Made by a program: the position numbers and the translations under genes. Of a DNA stretch of 64,000 nucleotides, positions 27,829-43,400 are shown in pieces. The stretch is taken from the NCBI RefSeq assembly GCF_022539665.2, contig NC_081333.1:8928001-8992000 (forward strand), given 5' to 3'. The notes under the pieces were generated by a model, which searched no databases, was not told the DNA's origin, and saw only the letters and a program-made list of their open reading frames with translations. Position 1 is the stretch's first letter. Each line of letters begins with the position of its first letter. The DNA comes from Daphnia carinata (lineage: Eukaryota).

Positions 27829-28451
27829 GCTGCCTATGAATGTACGAGAAAATTAATTCCAAATCCTTTACTGCACTATAACCTTTTTATGAGACTTCGT
27901 CACTGGAATTCTACAAAAAAAAAAAAAAAAAAATGTGAAATAAAATTTACTATGGTAAATCGCCAATAGTTGACCTTCCCAAATATCGGAAATCTAAAAA
28001 TCTAAACACCGAGAATAATTCTTTTAAAATCCATCTTGTTGTGTCCTTAAGATACGGAACGAACATCGCAAGTAACACGTTACTTTAAAAAGATACCATT
28101 CAGAAATCAACCGTATTTTAATTTGCTCAATCTTTTCACTTTTGAATTTTCATAATTCACCTAATGCAGAGGAAATTAACAAGTTTTCAAACTAGTGCAA
28201 TCAATACAAGTTATCTAAGTTCCTCCAAGACAGAAAAATCAGTTAAACGAACAAAAAACTTATTAGGACAGAAAGAGTAAACGGGTACATCCAAGTTTCA
28301 ACGGGAAGTAAATACGAAGGATGTGTACGGAAATATAGATAGGGTTCTTGGAAGAAGAAAAAAAAAAGGAAAAAAACAAACAAAACTCTTGAATATCATT
28401 CTCCTTCAGCCAATTCTTCTTGCAAATGTTAACACGTATGGTTATCTTTCT

Positions 28452-31400
28452 TCAGGCGAACCCAAAGCCTTCGGAACACTCGTGAATGGCTTTGAGTAGA
28501 TACGTTCGTAGTTTGTCGTAGGTTTCATATGCAGGCAAATCCAGTTGATTGAAACTATGAAAGAATAGAAATAGAGTAGAAGAAATTGTTTCCCGTATAA
28601 GGTATAGTTTATTACCAGGTATGGGCAGACGGTAACCGATCAGTTGAGCGATCGTCACGATGAATTTGGAATTTTTGAACGCCGTTCATGCCCTCCAATG
28701 CAGCAAAGCCTTGCAACGGAACTTTAGATGTACCGGTAACAAATTGCAAAAATTTCGCTCGATCCGCTTGGTCAAACGATCTAAGGGCTCTCCAGAACCA
28801 TTGAATCTAGAACAACAAAAAACCAAAACGAGAATGTTAAATATTGAGGTATGATAAACGATTCAATTCAATACGGCGATTCTGCAAAAGTGCATTATAC
28901 CTGTAGAGACGTCGGTTGATATTTGTGATACTCGGAGTTAGCTTTCAAATCATCGATGTCTATGTTAGGCAAACCGGAGAGAAGGAGTTCCAGCTCTTGT
29001 TCGTTAAAGATACTGATCAAACGTTTGGGAATAATGTCGTAAAAGCCTTCGAGGAAAGCGTTGAGCTGCTTGCGAATGGCGCCCGTCATTTTCATCTGGC
29101 AAACCAGACGAATGTACTCCATTTTGTTCTCTTCAGTGACAATGATGTTTCTTCCGTTGGGCTTCAAGTCGCGTGCCTCGGTCACACCAAACTCTTGCAC
29201 CTCCGTCGAGAACGTCAAATCATAGCCGAGCTCCGTCACCTCGTGCTCTATTAGAAAGGCGAGACCCTAAAGCAAAAAAAATAGATAGTAATGAAGCGAT
29301 TAATTTCATGCTGGATGCTTGGCTAGAATAATAGGGGAGAGCACTTAACCCCCCGGGCCCTTCATGGCATATTACAAACTAGAGTGATTACCTGATAGAA
29401 AGAGTAGTCCTCGCTCTCCATATCGGTGTAACGAACGCACTTGCCAAGAATGTGCTTGTAGAATGAGCGGGTGAAGTAACATTCGAGCAACTTGTTATCA
29501 TAAATGGCTTTGGCGATGACGCGGCCGACAAATTTGAAGTAACACAGATGATTCGAATTGCAATGCGAAAGAGCATTAATCATGTAAGTAACTCGATCGC
29601 CAGGCGAAGTAGAGAAGAGTGCGTACATGGGGTTAAATATTTCGCGTGAGATGATCACATACCTACAGGGCAGCATCAGAAAATAATTAGACTGTATCGA
29701 TTAAATTTTAGCTTGAAAAGCCATCGTACCACTCTCGCAATAGACCTCCGGCATCTTGGCCTTCTTCACCCTCAAAGACGATGTAAAAACGATTCTTCCA
29801 TTCTTCGGGAGAACGCCTGTGCAGTTCGCGGAAAGAATCTTCAAAGACGTGCTCTCGTTTGACGTGGACGGCGAGATCCTCTCGGCGAATGCCCGCGTCA
29901 GCGCGTTCGAGCTCAGTCCGGAAGTAACGCCGCTTGACGTCAAAGTCCAGAACTCGAGTGTGATCGACGAGGACGGCAAAAGGACCGTCTGCCAAATGGG
30001 TGGTCGATTGGCGTAAAATCTGTAGAAGATTAAGAAAAAAGAAAAAAATTAGCATTGAAGACTAAAATCCGAAGCACAGCGTTTAGTGGGATTTAGAATG
30101 ACCTGATTAAGAACGGTACGGTGGCGCTCAGCGAAAGAAAGAAATTTTTGCGTATCCGGAGGGAGGTCAGAAGGAGCGCTTGACATGGACAAAGTTAGCT
30201 GGTTAAGGCTGTCATCATTGCTGGTTTGAACCGCCATCGAGGGAGATCCCGGTCCACCAATTTCTTGCTGTAAGTGCGACAGTTGCGACTCTCTGGTTTC
30301 CGGGCGCCGACTCCGTTTTTCACGTTCTTCTTTGCTGGTCTGTGCCGCATGCACAAGAAAGAATGCTTCCACTGCCGGTTGTAGAACCAAAACAGCGTGA
30401 TGATCCGGTGTATCAGCCAATTCCTACCAAGCGAACATGTTGTAAGTTTAATTGCGTCAAATCCCTTTTACAATAAGCAATACCTGTAGACATTCGCTCA
30501 ACGTGTTCCAAAGACTGTCCAGCAACAGCTGTTGGCTGAGTCTTGGTAAGTCGATATCTCTGCCACTATTCACTTCGTCAACCTGGTTTAATTATGAACA
30601 GAAGAAAACAGTATAAAACATTACCAACTCAAGTCCCTCACCCCGCACCCGGAAACTCACCTCCATTGGAGTTGCTGGTATTTCGTTCGTTGCTTCTGCT
30701 GAAGCCACCGATCCTGCCGGGGCAACTACTGGAGCCGCAACGCCAGACGCCTCAGAGATTAAAGTTTCACTTGGAATTGCAGGTTCAGCTCCAACAGCAG
30801 ATGTAGAACTGCTTGTCGCTGCAGCTGGGGCTTGAGTCGTACCTTCAACTTGTTTCCGCTTAGCTTTGACTGCTGCCAATCGAGCAGCGTCTCTTAGCTG
30901 AAGAATGACTTTCAGGATACGTAAGAAGAAGGCTTGACTCGAAGTTTTGCTCGTCAACGAGCCCATCGAAGGCAGTTGCAGCTCGTAGCCACCTGTTTTG
31001 GGTTTTGACTGAGCGGCAACAACGACCACATCCTTCGTAAATCGATCCTGCAAAGGGAATAAATTTTGTTCTAGTTTTCTTCCATTTTAACCAATGCCAA
31101 CTTTACCATTAAGAAACCCTTTGACCTATCGACACCTTCAGCGTCCCCTTCTTCAACTGACGCTCCTGACTGTGCAGGTTGCGCAGAGGCAGCTGACGTA
31201 GAGGCTTCAGGCCGACGCCTAAGTGTGTGAAGTTCATTTAAAAGCGCTCTGATATGGGAGCAAACAATATTCCCGAGCTCCCGAGCTCCATCCAGTAGAA
31301 GCTTGAGAATTGTATCCCTGTGACGGTTCATGGATGTTAAAAGAAGTAAAACAGTTAACTAAGGCTTAACATTTCCATTTAGCTACGATTACCTTGTAGG

Positions 31401-34400
31401 AGGCGGACCATATGAAAGACTTAGCAGTAGAGATGTCGCATCTTCCAAGCCTTCCTCTGAACAACTCTTTGACGTGAGCACATCTACGGCCAACTTCAGA
31501 TGTTGTTCAAGAAGTTGCAAGTCCTGTGGCGATGCTTCGATGCCAGGTAGCGACAAATCAAGTGCCGTATCACGCTGCTGCTGTAACTGTACAGCCAAAG
31601 AGCTGTGCAACTCACGCCTTTCCCAATCACGCATGCGAACTCCTTCAGAATGGCGCCGTTGTTGCTGTTGTTGATGAAGCTGCTGTTGTTGTTGAGCAGG
31701 AGCGCTCGTGTTGCTGTCTGGTAAGCCTAAATAAATAGATACGTTTCAATATTTGGTACTCCCCGCAAATATAATCAACAGAAAATGTTACCAAGGGAAA
31801 TGAGTGAGAGGAGACGTAACAAGCGGTCCGTCAATAGTGAGCTTCTTCTGACCACACTAGACGAAAGAAGGGCAAGAAGTTGACCGAACGGTGATGATTC
31901 AAGGCTCAAGTGGCGGATTTCTTCTTCAGCTCCAACGGTAGCGGACGCCACGCCGTGAGTGGTAGCGCCACTGTGTGTCCGTGCTAGTCCTTTGCCTTTG
32001 CGAGATGCGCTTTGTGAATCCAGCCGTGCTAACAGATCCCAGAAATCCGTCCCCGATTCTTGCTTTTTAGCCGAAGAGGCAGCGATTGGTGTGCCCTTCT
32101 TAGTGTCAACATCTTTTTCCTTCTTGTCCTCAGATCCGGGCAGCGGTGGTCGTGGAAGGAAATGAGATGGGAAACTTTTCGCTAGCGATATTAAAACATC
32201 TAACGTGTGGCGACAAATAATGGGTGCTGCTTGACTGTGTATCGTGATGGAGCTCGACATCCCTTGCTTTTTCGCTCCACTTGCAGAAGAAGGCTTTAAT
32301 ATGTGGAACACATTGGCTCGACAACCGAGAGCTGCATCCAAGCTTATGTTCAGCCAAGACGGCACTCCAGTGGCATGCTAAGCCGAAAACAAGACACGAG
32401 ATTACCTTTCTATTCATTACATTTAATTGAACGTTTCAGTTGCCAGCAAGTATACCTTGACATCAGTCGGAGGTGTTGCTGTCAAGGCTCGTGAAGTGAT
32501 CCGCTTTCCTTTGGTAGAAGGCGTAGAGGTAATCGGAAACAGTTCGGCGGCATTTGCGCGAGCCTCGTTGCTCCGTTCCAAAATGGATAACAGCGACTTG
32601 ACTACCCAATCGCGGGTTGGACCATGATAGCAAAGGTTGCGGAGCACACGATGGAGTCGCGTAGTGTTCAATTTTGGTTCATCGATGAACAGTAGAACGA
32701 GCAGGCACGACAGAGCTTCATGATCGAGTAGGTGACGACCACGTAGACGAACGCCATTTGCTGCGGCCTGTAAGAAATTAATGAAAGCAAAAAAACATTG
32801 ATGTGTGGTAATCTCTTATCCTATAAAATTGTACTCGTACTTGGGCTGCTACGGCTGATGAACCACTTGCTCCAGCAACCGGCCTGCCCCAACCACCCCA
32901 GTGACCACGACTGTGTACCGGGTGTACTCCATATCGGCTACCCAATCGACCCATGCTGTTGCGAATGATAGATGAGAGAGCATTGGCACCCGAGTTGCCA
33001 ACATGGGTAAAGAATCTATCCGTCATCAACTGCCTGTTGCGTGCCTCCCATTCGCGCCGCAGATTTTGGGCTTCGGCAGCTAATTCAGGAGGGAGAACAG
33101 CCATCTGAGAATCTTCCATATCAGCAAGAATAGACTGCCGTAGAGCTGGTGGCAACGTGGAAAGAAAGTCTGCTGGATCAACAGGCTCGTTAGGATTTGC
33201 AGGAACAACGGTCCGCTGCTGTTCAAGACGTTGTTGAGCCAGTACTTCCTCTTGAATATTTGGTGGCAGCGCTGCTAAGAATTCAGCGCTTACTTCTAAA
33301 ACAGCTTGCTACAAATAAAAAATAAAAATGGGATAACATAAGCTTAATTCATAAAACTTCTGAAATTATGTTTTATTGCCTGATTGGTGGTGTCAGTGGC
33401 CTGCGCTCGTGCACGTTGGCGAAGTCGTTGCAAACGAAGTTGTTCAGCAATAACTTCTTGCCTCATATCTTCAGGCAGAGCTGCCAAAAATGAAGGATCA
33501 ACGCCTTCTGGTATTTCAATGTTTCCCAGCAATGATTGGTACTCGCCCGACTGCTGATCAGATCCACCAGCTACTGCCGGAGGTAGTGCCGACGCACCTG
33601 CCACATCTGCCCTTGCCATGTCCGAACTGGCACTCAATTCCATATTGGTGCCTTGGCGAACCTCGACATCACTTTGGGCACGGAGTTCTAACATTTATTT
33701 ATTGAAAAGAAAAACAAACAAAAATTGTATAAGCAGATGAATTTTTAAACGGCAAGCGATCACTCACCTTCCGCTGAGAGGCCCATGTTAAAACTTTCTT
33801 CGGTTGGGCGCATCGGTGTGATCTCTCCTTGGAACGAGAGGGGGCGTCTGATGAACTGCACTTGATCGGTTGAAAACGGGTGCAGTTCTTCCTGCGATTC
33901 AACGCTAACTCGAGGTGCTCCGGGGGTTGCGTTCGGTATAGGATTAAAAGGTGTAGTTGAATGATCACTGCTGCGGTCAACATTTGGCGTCGTTTCCGAC
34001 TGAATTCTTTGAATCGTCGACATCAAGCTATGAGCCGTGCTAAAACTACCACTGTTGGCAGGCGTCTCCACTATGACAGGTACAGCCGGCTGGACAGTAG
34101 ACTCGACAGGTGTGACTGACGTCGTGTGCGACTGCCCGCGTAGAGACGAAACGGACGTCGGAGTAGATTCTAAATTATCACGATTATCTGTCGGCTGCGG
34201 TCGAGATTGTCCAGAAACGGTCTCTAAAGCTGGGCCAAGTACAGCTTCGACAATGGATGTAGCTAATGTTTCAGCGTGATCATTTGAACGCACAAGAGGC
34301 GTCGACATTGTGGCTGTATTGTTGCTAACCGACATATTAAATCCGTGGAAGAATGACCCGAAGGATGGCGTTTCCGATACACTTGCGTTTGTCTCAAGTT

Positions 34401-37400
34401 GAGCAACTTCCATCGTTACAGGTGGTGGAACGATCGATGACGCCACTGACGACGGTACGGCAGGGGATGGAGTGACATCCTTATTTTTCTCCCGTTCTTT
34501 CTGATCATTTTCTTCTTCCTTTCTTCTACGGCTCGTTTCTTCTTCTTGTTGCTTTTTCCTGCGTTCCCTCCTCTCGGACAACTCTTCATCACGTTGTTTC
34601 TCTACAATGGCAAGAATTTCGGGCTTCAGGGCAGTGATGCAATCATGAATTGAATCCGCGTCAAGGATGATGGCCTCTTCCATCCAACGGTTCAATGCGG
34701 ACGGTGTCTGTACAAGGCCAGACGGAATTCCTGGAGCAATAAGTACTCCTCCCATTTGATCCTGAATGTCAAGTAAGGCCTCGTCTTCAGGGTTAGCCAA
34801 AATTCCTAGACCATTGTCGACCAAGAAGACGCGTGATTCGCGACCAAATCCTAGAGTCTTAGAGGAAGATACGAAAAAAGATGTAAATGTTAGTCTAGAA
34901 CTGTTTAGCTAAGACCTAAGTTACCTGTCCTCCAGTCAATTGCAGAACATCATGAGTTGCCGAAGGTCCAAGCAATCGTTGAAGAATGGCCGGTGGATTC
35001 GGCACGCGCGAATTTGTTTGCAGATAACGATAACCTCGTTGTCGCCCACCGCGATTACGACTTGAAGCAGCCGCTGCGGATCCTTCAGGCACTGTAGATT
35101 GCCGTCCAACCAACAATGGGTGCGCAAGGGCATTGAGTCGAGACATGGAGGCTGTTCCAGAACCAACAGCTGCTTCATTCCCGTTAGCCTCGTCCAGTAA
35201 CGGGTAAGGGAACATGTGGCTACGAAACGTGTCATCCAGAAAAAGAGGCATGCCAGCGCCTAGACGTCCTAAAAGAAAAAAAATCATGATAGTAATTTTT
35301 AAACAATAAACAAAATTCGGAAGTTGAAAACCGTACCAAGGCCTAGTCCTGCACCAAATCCCAAACCAGCTGCACTATTTTCCGCATCGGGGTAGGTGAA
35401 AACGAGCGTGTCTTCGACGTCGGCTCCAGCTCCTGCAGCCCCGCGAGTCAAGAAATCTCGCAACATTTCCGGGTAACGGTCACTGTCCTCACCGTAGCCG
35501 GAAGCGTTCTCTTCCTCGCCTTCTTCGGCTTCCGTTTCTTCCTCCTCTTCTTCGACATCGTCTTCACCCTCGCCTTCCTCTTCAGTCTCCTCTTCGCCTC
35601 CATCATCATCGTCGTCGTCATCATCATCGGCCTCATCGTCGTCGTCATCCGAGTGGCCAGATTCCGACTGCGAATCAGAGTCGCTCGAATCACGAGGGTC
35701 GTTGCCGTGATAGTGGGCGTCTTCGGCTCCAATGAACTCGCTTTCGTTATGTGTCCTCATCTGTGAATCGTGAGCCGAATCATCGGTCTCCATCTGCGAC
35801 GGATTTTCTGCTGCGACAATCAATGCTTCGACCAGAGCCTGTTAGCACCATTTAAGAACGACCACAATTAAATTATTTAGAAAATCTGAGAAAACTGTTA
35901 TCATGGAATCGTACTTGGGAATGTTGGTCCATTATGTCTTCTAAATTATTGTCACCACTTTCACCACCACCTTCATTATCCGCCAAATTTTCTAGACTTT
36001 CGCCGGCCGCAGACACGTCCTGTTCGGTATTTTCCGCATCAAGAGCGTTACTGATTTCAACCGCCTAAAAGCAAAAATAAAATAAATAAAATAAAAATAC
36101 GACGATTGATATGAAGACTACAGGGCGAAGTGATGAGAGATGAAAAAAAAAAAGAAAAAAGAACGCGTTGGATACCTGTGCCCTGGTGTTATCTGATGTA
36201 CTGGTGCCCTGAAGTTGAGCTGATGACTCTTGTGGTTCTCCTTCGTCGCCAGATTTGGGTTTGGTCACTGGACGTCCGGCCACAGGAGCGGCCGGTGGCA
36301 AGTTGACGATGCGAGATAAGGCTTCTAGCGGCTTGAGAGCTGCGTTGACTGTGAACGCCATCAACGGCGACGACATGTCCAAGCAATGCGGAATTCTCGC
36401 TAGGTCATTCACCAGACCGCGCTTCAACATGAATTTCACCATGTTGTTCATGCCCAAATTCTGTTGCTTGAACGCAGTCGTCAGAGCCTGTTGGGGCTGA
36501 AGGCCTGTTGCTGGGCAACTAAACCGGGTAAAAAATTACGAAAATGAAAAACGATATTCAAAGATTTTTTGTACGTTTTGAAGCTACCTTTCTATCATTG
36601 TTGACAAAAGAGCGGTAAGCGATTGCAGCCGATTGTGTTTATCGTTCGATTCTGGCATTGTAAGTGCTCGATTTAGAGCACCCTTCACTTCTGCTACGAG
36701 GCAGCTTTGGGCTTCCGGCGCATGGTTGCACGACGCAAGCGATGCCACTAAAGTGCGGACAAGTGCAGGACTATCTTTGTCCCCAGCCGTCTGGCACGAA
36801 GGTAATAGGTTGTCGAGTAAAAATGCTAACGCGGAAGTTTCTTCGCTGACCAATTCACTGGTCTTAGCAGGAAAGATATGCTCTGCCACCAAGCGCGCAC
36901 ATCCGGCATAAGAACGGACCAATTCGGCCAAAAGCCGACAAATGGCGCTCTTTGGAAGCAACGGACGCCGTCTGCGGTCCATTTCTTCGGACGATGTCGA
37001 TTCTTTTTTACGTGCAAGCGAATCACGTCGACTGAAAAATTAAAAGAGAAAAGTTATCAGATGTACAGCCTATAAACAATCAAACTGACGTGTACCTGGC
37101 ATCATCTACAGTTTCCTCTGCTTCGTGATTCAATAAATCACTTGAGCTGGAATTACGTATCAGCTCCTGCTGGCGGACGTTACGCCCAGCGAAACGCCTT
37201 GCTGGTGGAACAGTTACAGGTGTCGTTCCGTCCCCGTCGCTTGTCGGGAGTGGCGTTGCCGTCTCTTCTGGTGGTACAGGAATTGTCAACGCATCTAACA
37301 GGTCACATACGATTTCTCTGGCCACTCCGCTAAGCTGCGGCAAGCTACAACCGGGACGTGGAGGTAGCGCCTTCATCAAAAGGCGGTTGTCTTCTTCATC

Positions 37401-40400
37401 ACCTCGCTTATTTGTAAGGCTTAAATCTGCGCGTAAGAACGTCTTGCATACTTCCGAAAAGAGTTGCACGTCTCGGCAAGCTGCCGGGGCAAGTACTCTC
37501 ATCAAGAAGTGGAATTCTTTGGTACTGGGAGCTGCGTTTGGACCAGTATAAGCTCGTATGACCTTCTCCATCGTGTGATGAAGTGTTTCGGGCTCCTCCA
37601 CCAAGTGACGAAGCAACAACGTAGCCAAGGTTAAAAATCCAGAAAAAGTTGATGATTGACTGAGATTTAGCAGTTGCTTCACTCCGCCAAGGCTGGCAAA
37701 TTTTTCCGCGTGCTGGTAGTGTCGCGTTAGGCGCAGGCAGAGTCGCATAGCAGCATGAAGGGTATCTGGGTCTGCAGGAATACACAGCAATCCAACGCAA
37801 GCCTTAATCAACTCGCTGCCTTGATCAAGATTTAGTCCACTAAGTGGACTTCCTTTGGGCGATTCCTTCTCGTTTTCGTCCACATCCATTGCTGCATTTT
37901 CGTCAACGCGACTGGCTTCATCTTGAGCAGCCTCTTTTGGTTTTTCTGCGATTCGCAATGGAACTTCGTTAGACCACGAATACTCACGCACATACATAAC
38001 CACACACATATACAGTTTTAGGTGCAAATAAACTTTAATAACTGTATGTATACTACGTTTGACAACTGACCTTTGAGAGACAACATCATCGGTCTTCTAT
38101 TGCCTGTTTCCTCATTGACTTGAATCATCGAAGAAAACTGTAGCAAGTATCGCCTTCTGCCTGCTGTCACACGCACAGAATTTTGTCCAGCCCAGAAAGC
38201 ATCGTCAATTATCTTGTTGTTTGCGGCCGTGTATGGACACCATTTGCCTGAAACAATATCAAACCACTTCCATACGTGAGAGGTGACTTTTTCCATGGCG
38301 GCACGGCGCCTCGTTCCCAACGACATCTTCTCGTATAGGTCGAGGCAGAGAAGTAGGGGGGCGATCCACTTAGGCGTTATGCCGCTGCCATCGGCCGACT
38401 TGCAATCAATCCCTTCGCTGACCTTAGCTTTGACGGCTAGAACTTGTTGACCGGAACTGAGCAGACGAATCAGTTTTAATACCAGATCTTTTTCTTCGAG
38501 TTGACGAGCACAAGCCATCTTCATCTCTTCGCACAACAATGTGAAGAGATGAATACGCACGGACGCTTTCATCGCATCGCTACTTTCAATGACAGCGTCA
38601 GCTTTAGAAACCAAGTTGTCCACGCCATCCAAATGATCCTTTAATTAGGAATAAAACATATGAGAAAAAGATGTAACGCTGCCATCTTTAATGTTTAACA
38701 TTTTCAAACACGTGAACTACCTGCAATGACGTGACACAGTTGCCGATTTCTTTGGCGAGCGAGGCCAACATACTATCTCGATAGGTGTCTCCATTGCGAT
38801 GGACCATAGCAACGACAAGGCTACAGACACGATAGACAGTCTCTGGTAGTGAATCCAGTAGCGACAAACATCCGTCCAAGGCCTGTTGCACAAACTGATC
38901 TAACACCTGTTTGCTAAGAGGTTCACTCTGAAGCATATGCTCATGAGGCTCTTTTTCAACTGCCACTGTCTCGTCGGTACGGTCGGAGTCGGCGGTTAGG
39001 GAAAGCGCAATGGCGCGCATCACCGCGTCTTCATCGTTGCCATCTGTATCCATGGCAGTGGATACAGCTGCAGCTGCCGCAGCGGCGACGGCCCCGGCCC
39101 CTTGAGGCGCACGAAGTAATGATGGTGGCGTCGACAACAAGTAGTCAGTAGCTTGTTCCAATGAAGTGGTAAAAAGCAATGCTTCCACGCATTGATCCCG
39201 AGGAAAACCCATGTCCATCAAAGCCTGAAGCAAGAACAAAATCCTGTTGTATAAACTGTGCAACATAATAAGAACTAAAAAATTACCTGAAGATGCTGTG
39301 GATTTACTAAATCAGCATCCGATTCCACCCCTGGACGATCTGCGGTGGGACGTCGGGCAGCCATTGATGAGCCGGTTGCAGCTTCGCCTAGAGCCGCCAT
39401 GGCCAGATTCGATGTGCCTGTCGAGGCCAACGTGGTTGTTGCATTGTCGCTAGAAGAAGCTGAAGTTGCTACGCCGGAAGGAGCAGCAGGTTCATCAGCC
39501 TTTTCCTGAGCCAATTTTTCTTGGATGATGACCTCACCTGATAACAAACGTTATTTTTTTATAACATTCACAGAAAACGATTCGAAATTTGGCGCAATTA
39601 TTTTTTTTATAAATACCTTTAAGAATGTGACACAGAATAGTAAGAACTGATTCTGTCATCCGAGCGCCATATACTTTCAATGGTCGTTTGCCCCAGAGCT
39701 TCATAACAGCATCGAAGGCTTGACGATGTGTACTAATCAGGTACTTCAACGGGGAGAAAGCTTGCTTCGAGCCATGCAACGCCTTATTGGGCAGCTGGTG
39801 GGGAGAATCGAGGATATTCTTTGGATTCACCATCTTTTCCAGTAGCATCAGCCAAGCGTCTAGAAATTCTCCGGTGCCTGATGACGTCGATCAAATTAAA
39901 CAAGTATTAATAACTAAATTTCACGAACTATGCCGCCACGTTATTTACCTTCTGGAAGATCTGCATATTCTAGTCCTTGGTCAAGAGGGACGCGGCCTCC
40001 TGCAGAAAGGGCCCAGTAAAAAGCATCAAAAAACGCCGCCTGACCACCACAGCTAACGAACTTGTGCAGCATTAAGTGGTACGGCAATTTTTTCTCATCG
40101 AAGAGCATCGGAGAAGTAAAGCCCACTGAACATATTAGGAAGGTGAGACGAAACTTTGGTGTGGGAGAAGTTACTGGGGGTTCCCATGCTAATCCGCTCG
40201 TTAAAAGCTGAGTCAAAGCACCAGCCACAGCTTGTGCAGATGGTGACGGAACTATTGGCGTTGGTGGTGCTTGATGGGCGCGTCTATGCCTTATGGGAGA
40301 GCCAACACAGAGTTTGACCAACAAACCAAACAATTCCGCTAAAGCGCGACCCAATCTAATGGAAAAAGGGAGAGATTAGAAAATAAACCTCCCTTGAAAA

Positions 40401-43400
40401 TTTCCGGAAACATTAAATACCTTGATGCTGTGCTAAGTAGTGGCTTAACCATTTTCATTCTGTATTGCTGGGCTGGTGTCAATTTCTCTGAACGTGACCG
40501 ATCTTTGGCATCCAAGTGGTCATGATCGACTTCCATAGCTGCAGGCGGGCTGGCTTCCGTGCTCAGAGCCTGTAACGCTGCTGCAACGCTGTTGGTGCCT
40601 AATTCCATACCGGTCGCTCCACTGCAAGAGGGACCTTCAGGAACGGCTTTAAGTTCGGGTGGCAACAATTTTTCCAAATCGGAACGACCAAACTGGCAAC
40701 CCATCGGGAGGGTTTCGTCAGAGCATAGAGCGAGAAGCACTGTACTCTCCCAGACAAGAGACGTATACAACTTCGACAACCCTTTTAGGACAGGAAGTCC
40801 TATAGGTGAGCCCCAATGATTGATAGAGAGAGTGCGGATGTCACTTTGCCCTGTCCTGCACACATGAACAAACATCATAATGTAAGCATGGGCGGCAGCC
40901 ATGGCATGCAATAACGGTGTCGTATTCGGTGAAGTTATTGCTTCCGTTGGATTAGACGAAGATGCCAATTCTCTTAAAAGCACAGAGCCTCCTGGTGGGT
41001 CTAGCGGCTTATGCAATTGTTGAAGGGTGTTCAGAACGGTTTGAAGATGATCTAAACCTTGTTTCAAAACAAGTGGTTCGTGTGCCAGATTTAGGATTGA
41101 TTTGCAAACAGCAGCAACCGCCTGGATAAAATAAATTAAGAGAAAATGAAAAACAAATAATCTAATGGGATTTTGAGCAAAAGTAAAATTGACAATTACT
41201 TGGCAGGCAGGTGTGACGGGAAAGTCGACTGGGAGGTTTGGCAATCCCAAAATACCCATGAGCGGAACGAGTCCCCGCTGGGACACGAATTCACGACAAT
41301 GATCGTCGGTCGAGTTGTTGCTCAATATGGCGTCCACGAACTTCATAACATTAAGAACATAATCAACCAACGGGACTGGGGTTTTCTCCGATTGCACTAC
41401 TGCGCCAGTTTCGGTTTCGATTCCCCTTGGTGGGGCTGGGTTCGATGACGATGTAGCTTCTTCTTCCTCGTCTTCTTCTTCATCGCTACTTCCACCTCCA
41501 GTAGCTTCTACTGGGCCGGTTCGCGCAGATGTACTTTGAGCAGCCTCAAATTTTTGAGTGCGGCTAGATGCAATGTAATTGGGATCATGGCCAAGGGCAC
41601 AAAGTTCTTCTAACAGCTGAATGATGCCCGCTGTGGCATCCGTACGTAAGCTTGGTTGGTGCCGCATTAGCTCATCCATTGCATTTCCCAAGTTAGTCGC
41701 TGTGTCACCCATGGGGTCGGAACTTCGACGGCGACGCATTGCCGGCAAATAATCGGGAGAAAGAAGAACTGAATAATAAACGCTAAGGTTATAACAGGAA
41801 ACACGTGGTTATCAAAAAAATTAAGCTCACCCTTGAATAATCGCTGAAAAGGTTTGCACGCGACGAAGGAGGCCAAACCTCTAGTGTTCAAGCACAGAGC
41901 ACTAAAAACATTAGGCAAAGACCCCAGTACCTCTCTGGTGGCAGGAACATCCTTAACGAGCAAAGCATGAAGCACTACATCTGTTAAGCCCGAGTCCTGC
42001 AGAGAAGAAAGTAACGATGGCTCTTGGAAGACGTAGACTGTGACCACATCCGTGCCCAGCAAAAAGAGAGACGGCCCGTAGTATTCCGCGTTGGAAATTA
42101 TATGCTTGAGAGCGGCAGGTAGAGAGCCATCCATGACGTGCCGGATCGAGTCAGAGAAAGACGAATCCTGGATTGCTTTCTTCAGAAAATTCAACATCGA
42201 CTTGAGTAGAGCGGCCCGCTGTGGTAGGCAAGTGACTCCGGCGATGGGCTCGGTCAACGGTTGTCCTGCCGATGAAGAGATGGAACTTGCTCCGGTATCA
42301 ACTTCCATTTCGGACTCCGACTCGTTGGTGGCTTCATCACCGGGGATATTTACACCTGCATTACTGGCAGCAGCTGCGCTAACAGGTGGGCGAATTTCGT
42401 AGGGTTGCTCCTTGCGACACGCATCCACTTCAGATTCCAAACGGTTGATAAAGATCTGGAGTCCACCGTGAGCCTAAAAATACATCTTTCAGATAAATAT
42501 GCTTTTGAAAGCGATGAATGTTTCACTTGTACCTGGAAAGCGTGCATATCTAAATTTGTGATCAGGTCGATAACCCGGACGGCTCGGGTTACGAAGGTGA
42601 TGTGTTCAAGCTCTGATCCGGGCCATGAAACGACGCGCAAGAGTGATTCCATCATGCCGCAGGCAACCAGAGCTTCTCCGCCAGCTTCGTAGCTGGCTAA
42701 ATGGTACAAGAACGAAAAGAGAGCCGTGGCAAGTGGCAAAGGGAATGGAACCATGTCTTGCTCCGTGTTCTGCCCTGTTAGCGAAGCGATGCAACTTCGA
42801 ACCAGAACAGGAAGAAATCCGTGATACAAGGCCGCCCCGGTAACGTCGATAATGGTATTCAACTTTGGGAAGTTGGGATTTCGATCCAAATGAATAATAG
42901 CAGTTAATGTTCTCAAAGCAGCAGCGCGGATTTCCATTAACTGTGGTTCAGTCAATTCTAATACGTCAACAAGCTCTTCTAGCAGACCTTCCATGAAATA
43001 ATAGGAGATTAGCAATTAAGTGGATATACAACCGCAACGTTGTGAGAAATTTTACCGGCATAAAGCAAAGAAGGAGCTGCATCAGCCAACGCGTTACAGT
43101 AGATCAACACAGACAGGGCCTGAAGCCTCGCCTGAACACACTGAAGGCGACGTCGATAATCCGAAAAGGCATGTGCTAATCGAATGTGTGTGAAAAGCTG
43201 CATCTGTTTGTCCGGAGGGACGTGGTGAAGTTCTATCAGTTCTTCCATCAACTGAGCAGGACTCTTATTCAACCATTCCACATGCTCTACGTGAATTACG
43301 GTTACGAAACTGCCACTCGATTTCCCACTGCCGATTTGTCGACCAGATCCATCCCCCATTGACTCCGCGTAGAATTCGAAGTGCAGTGTGGTGGCACTCG

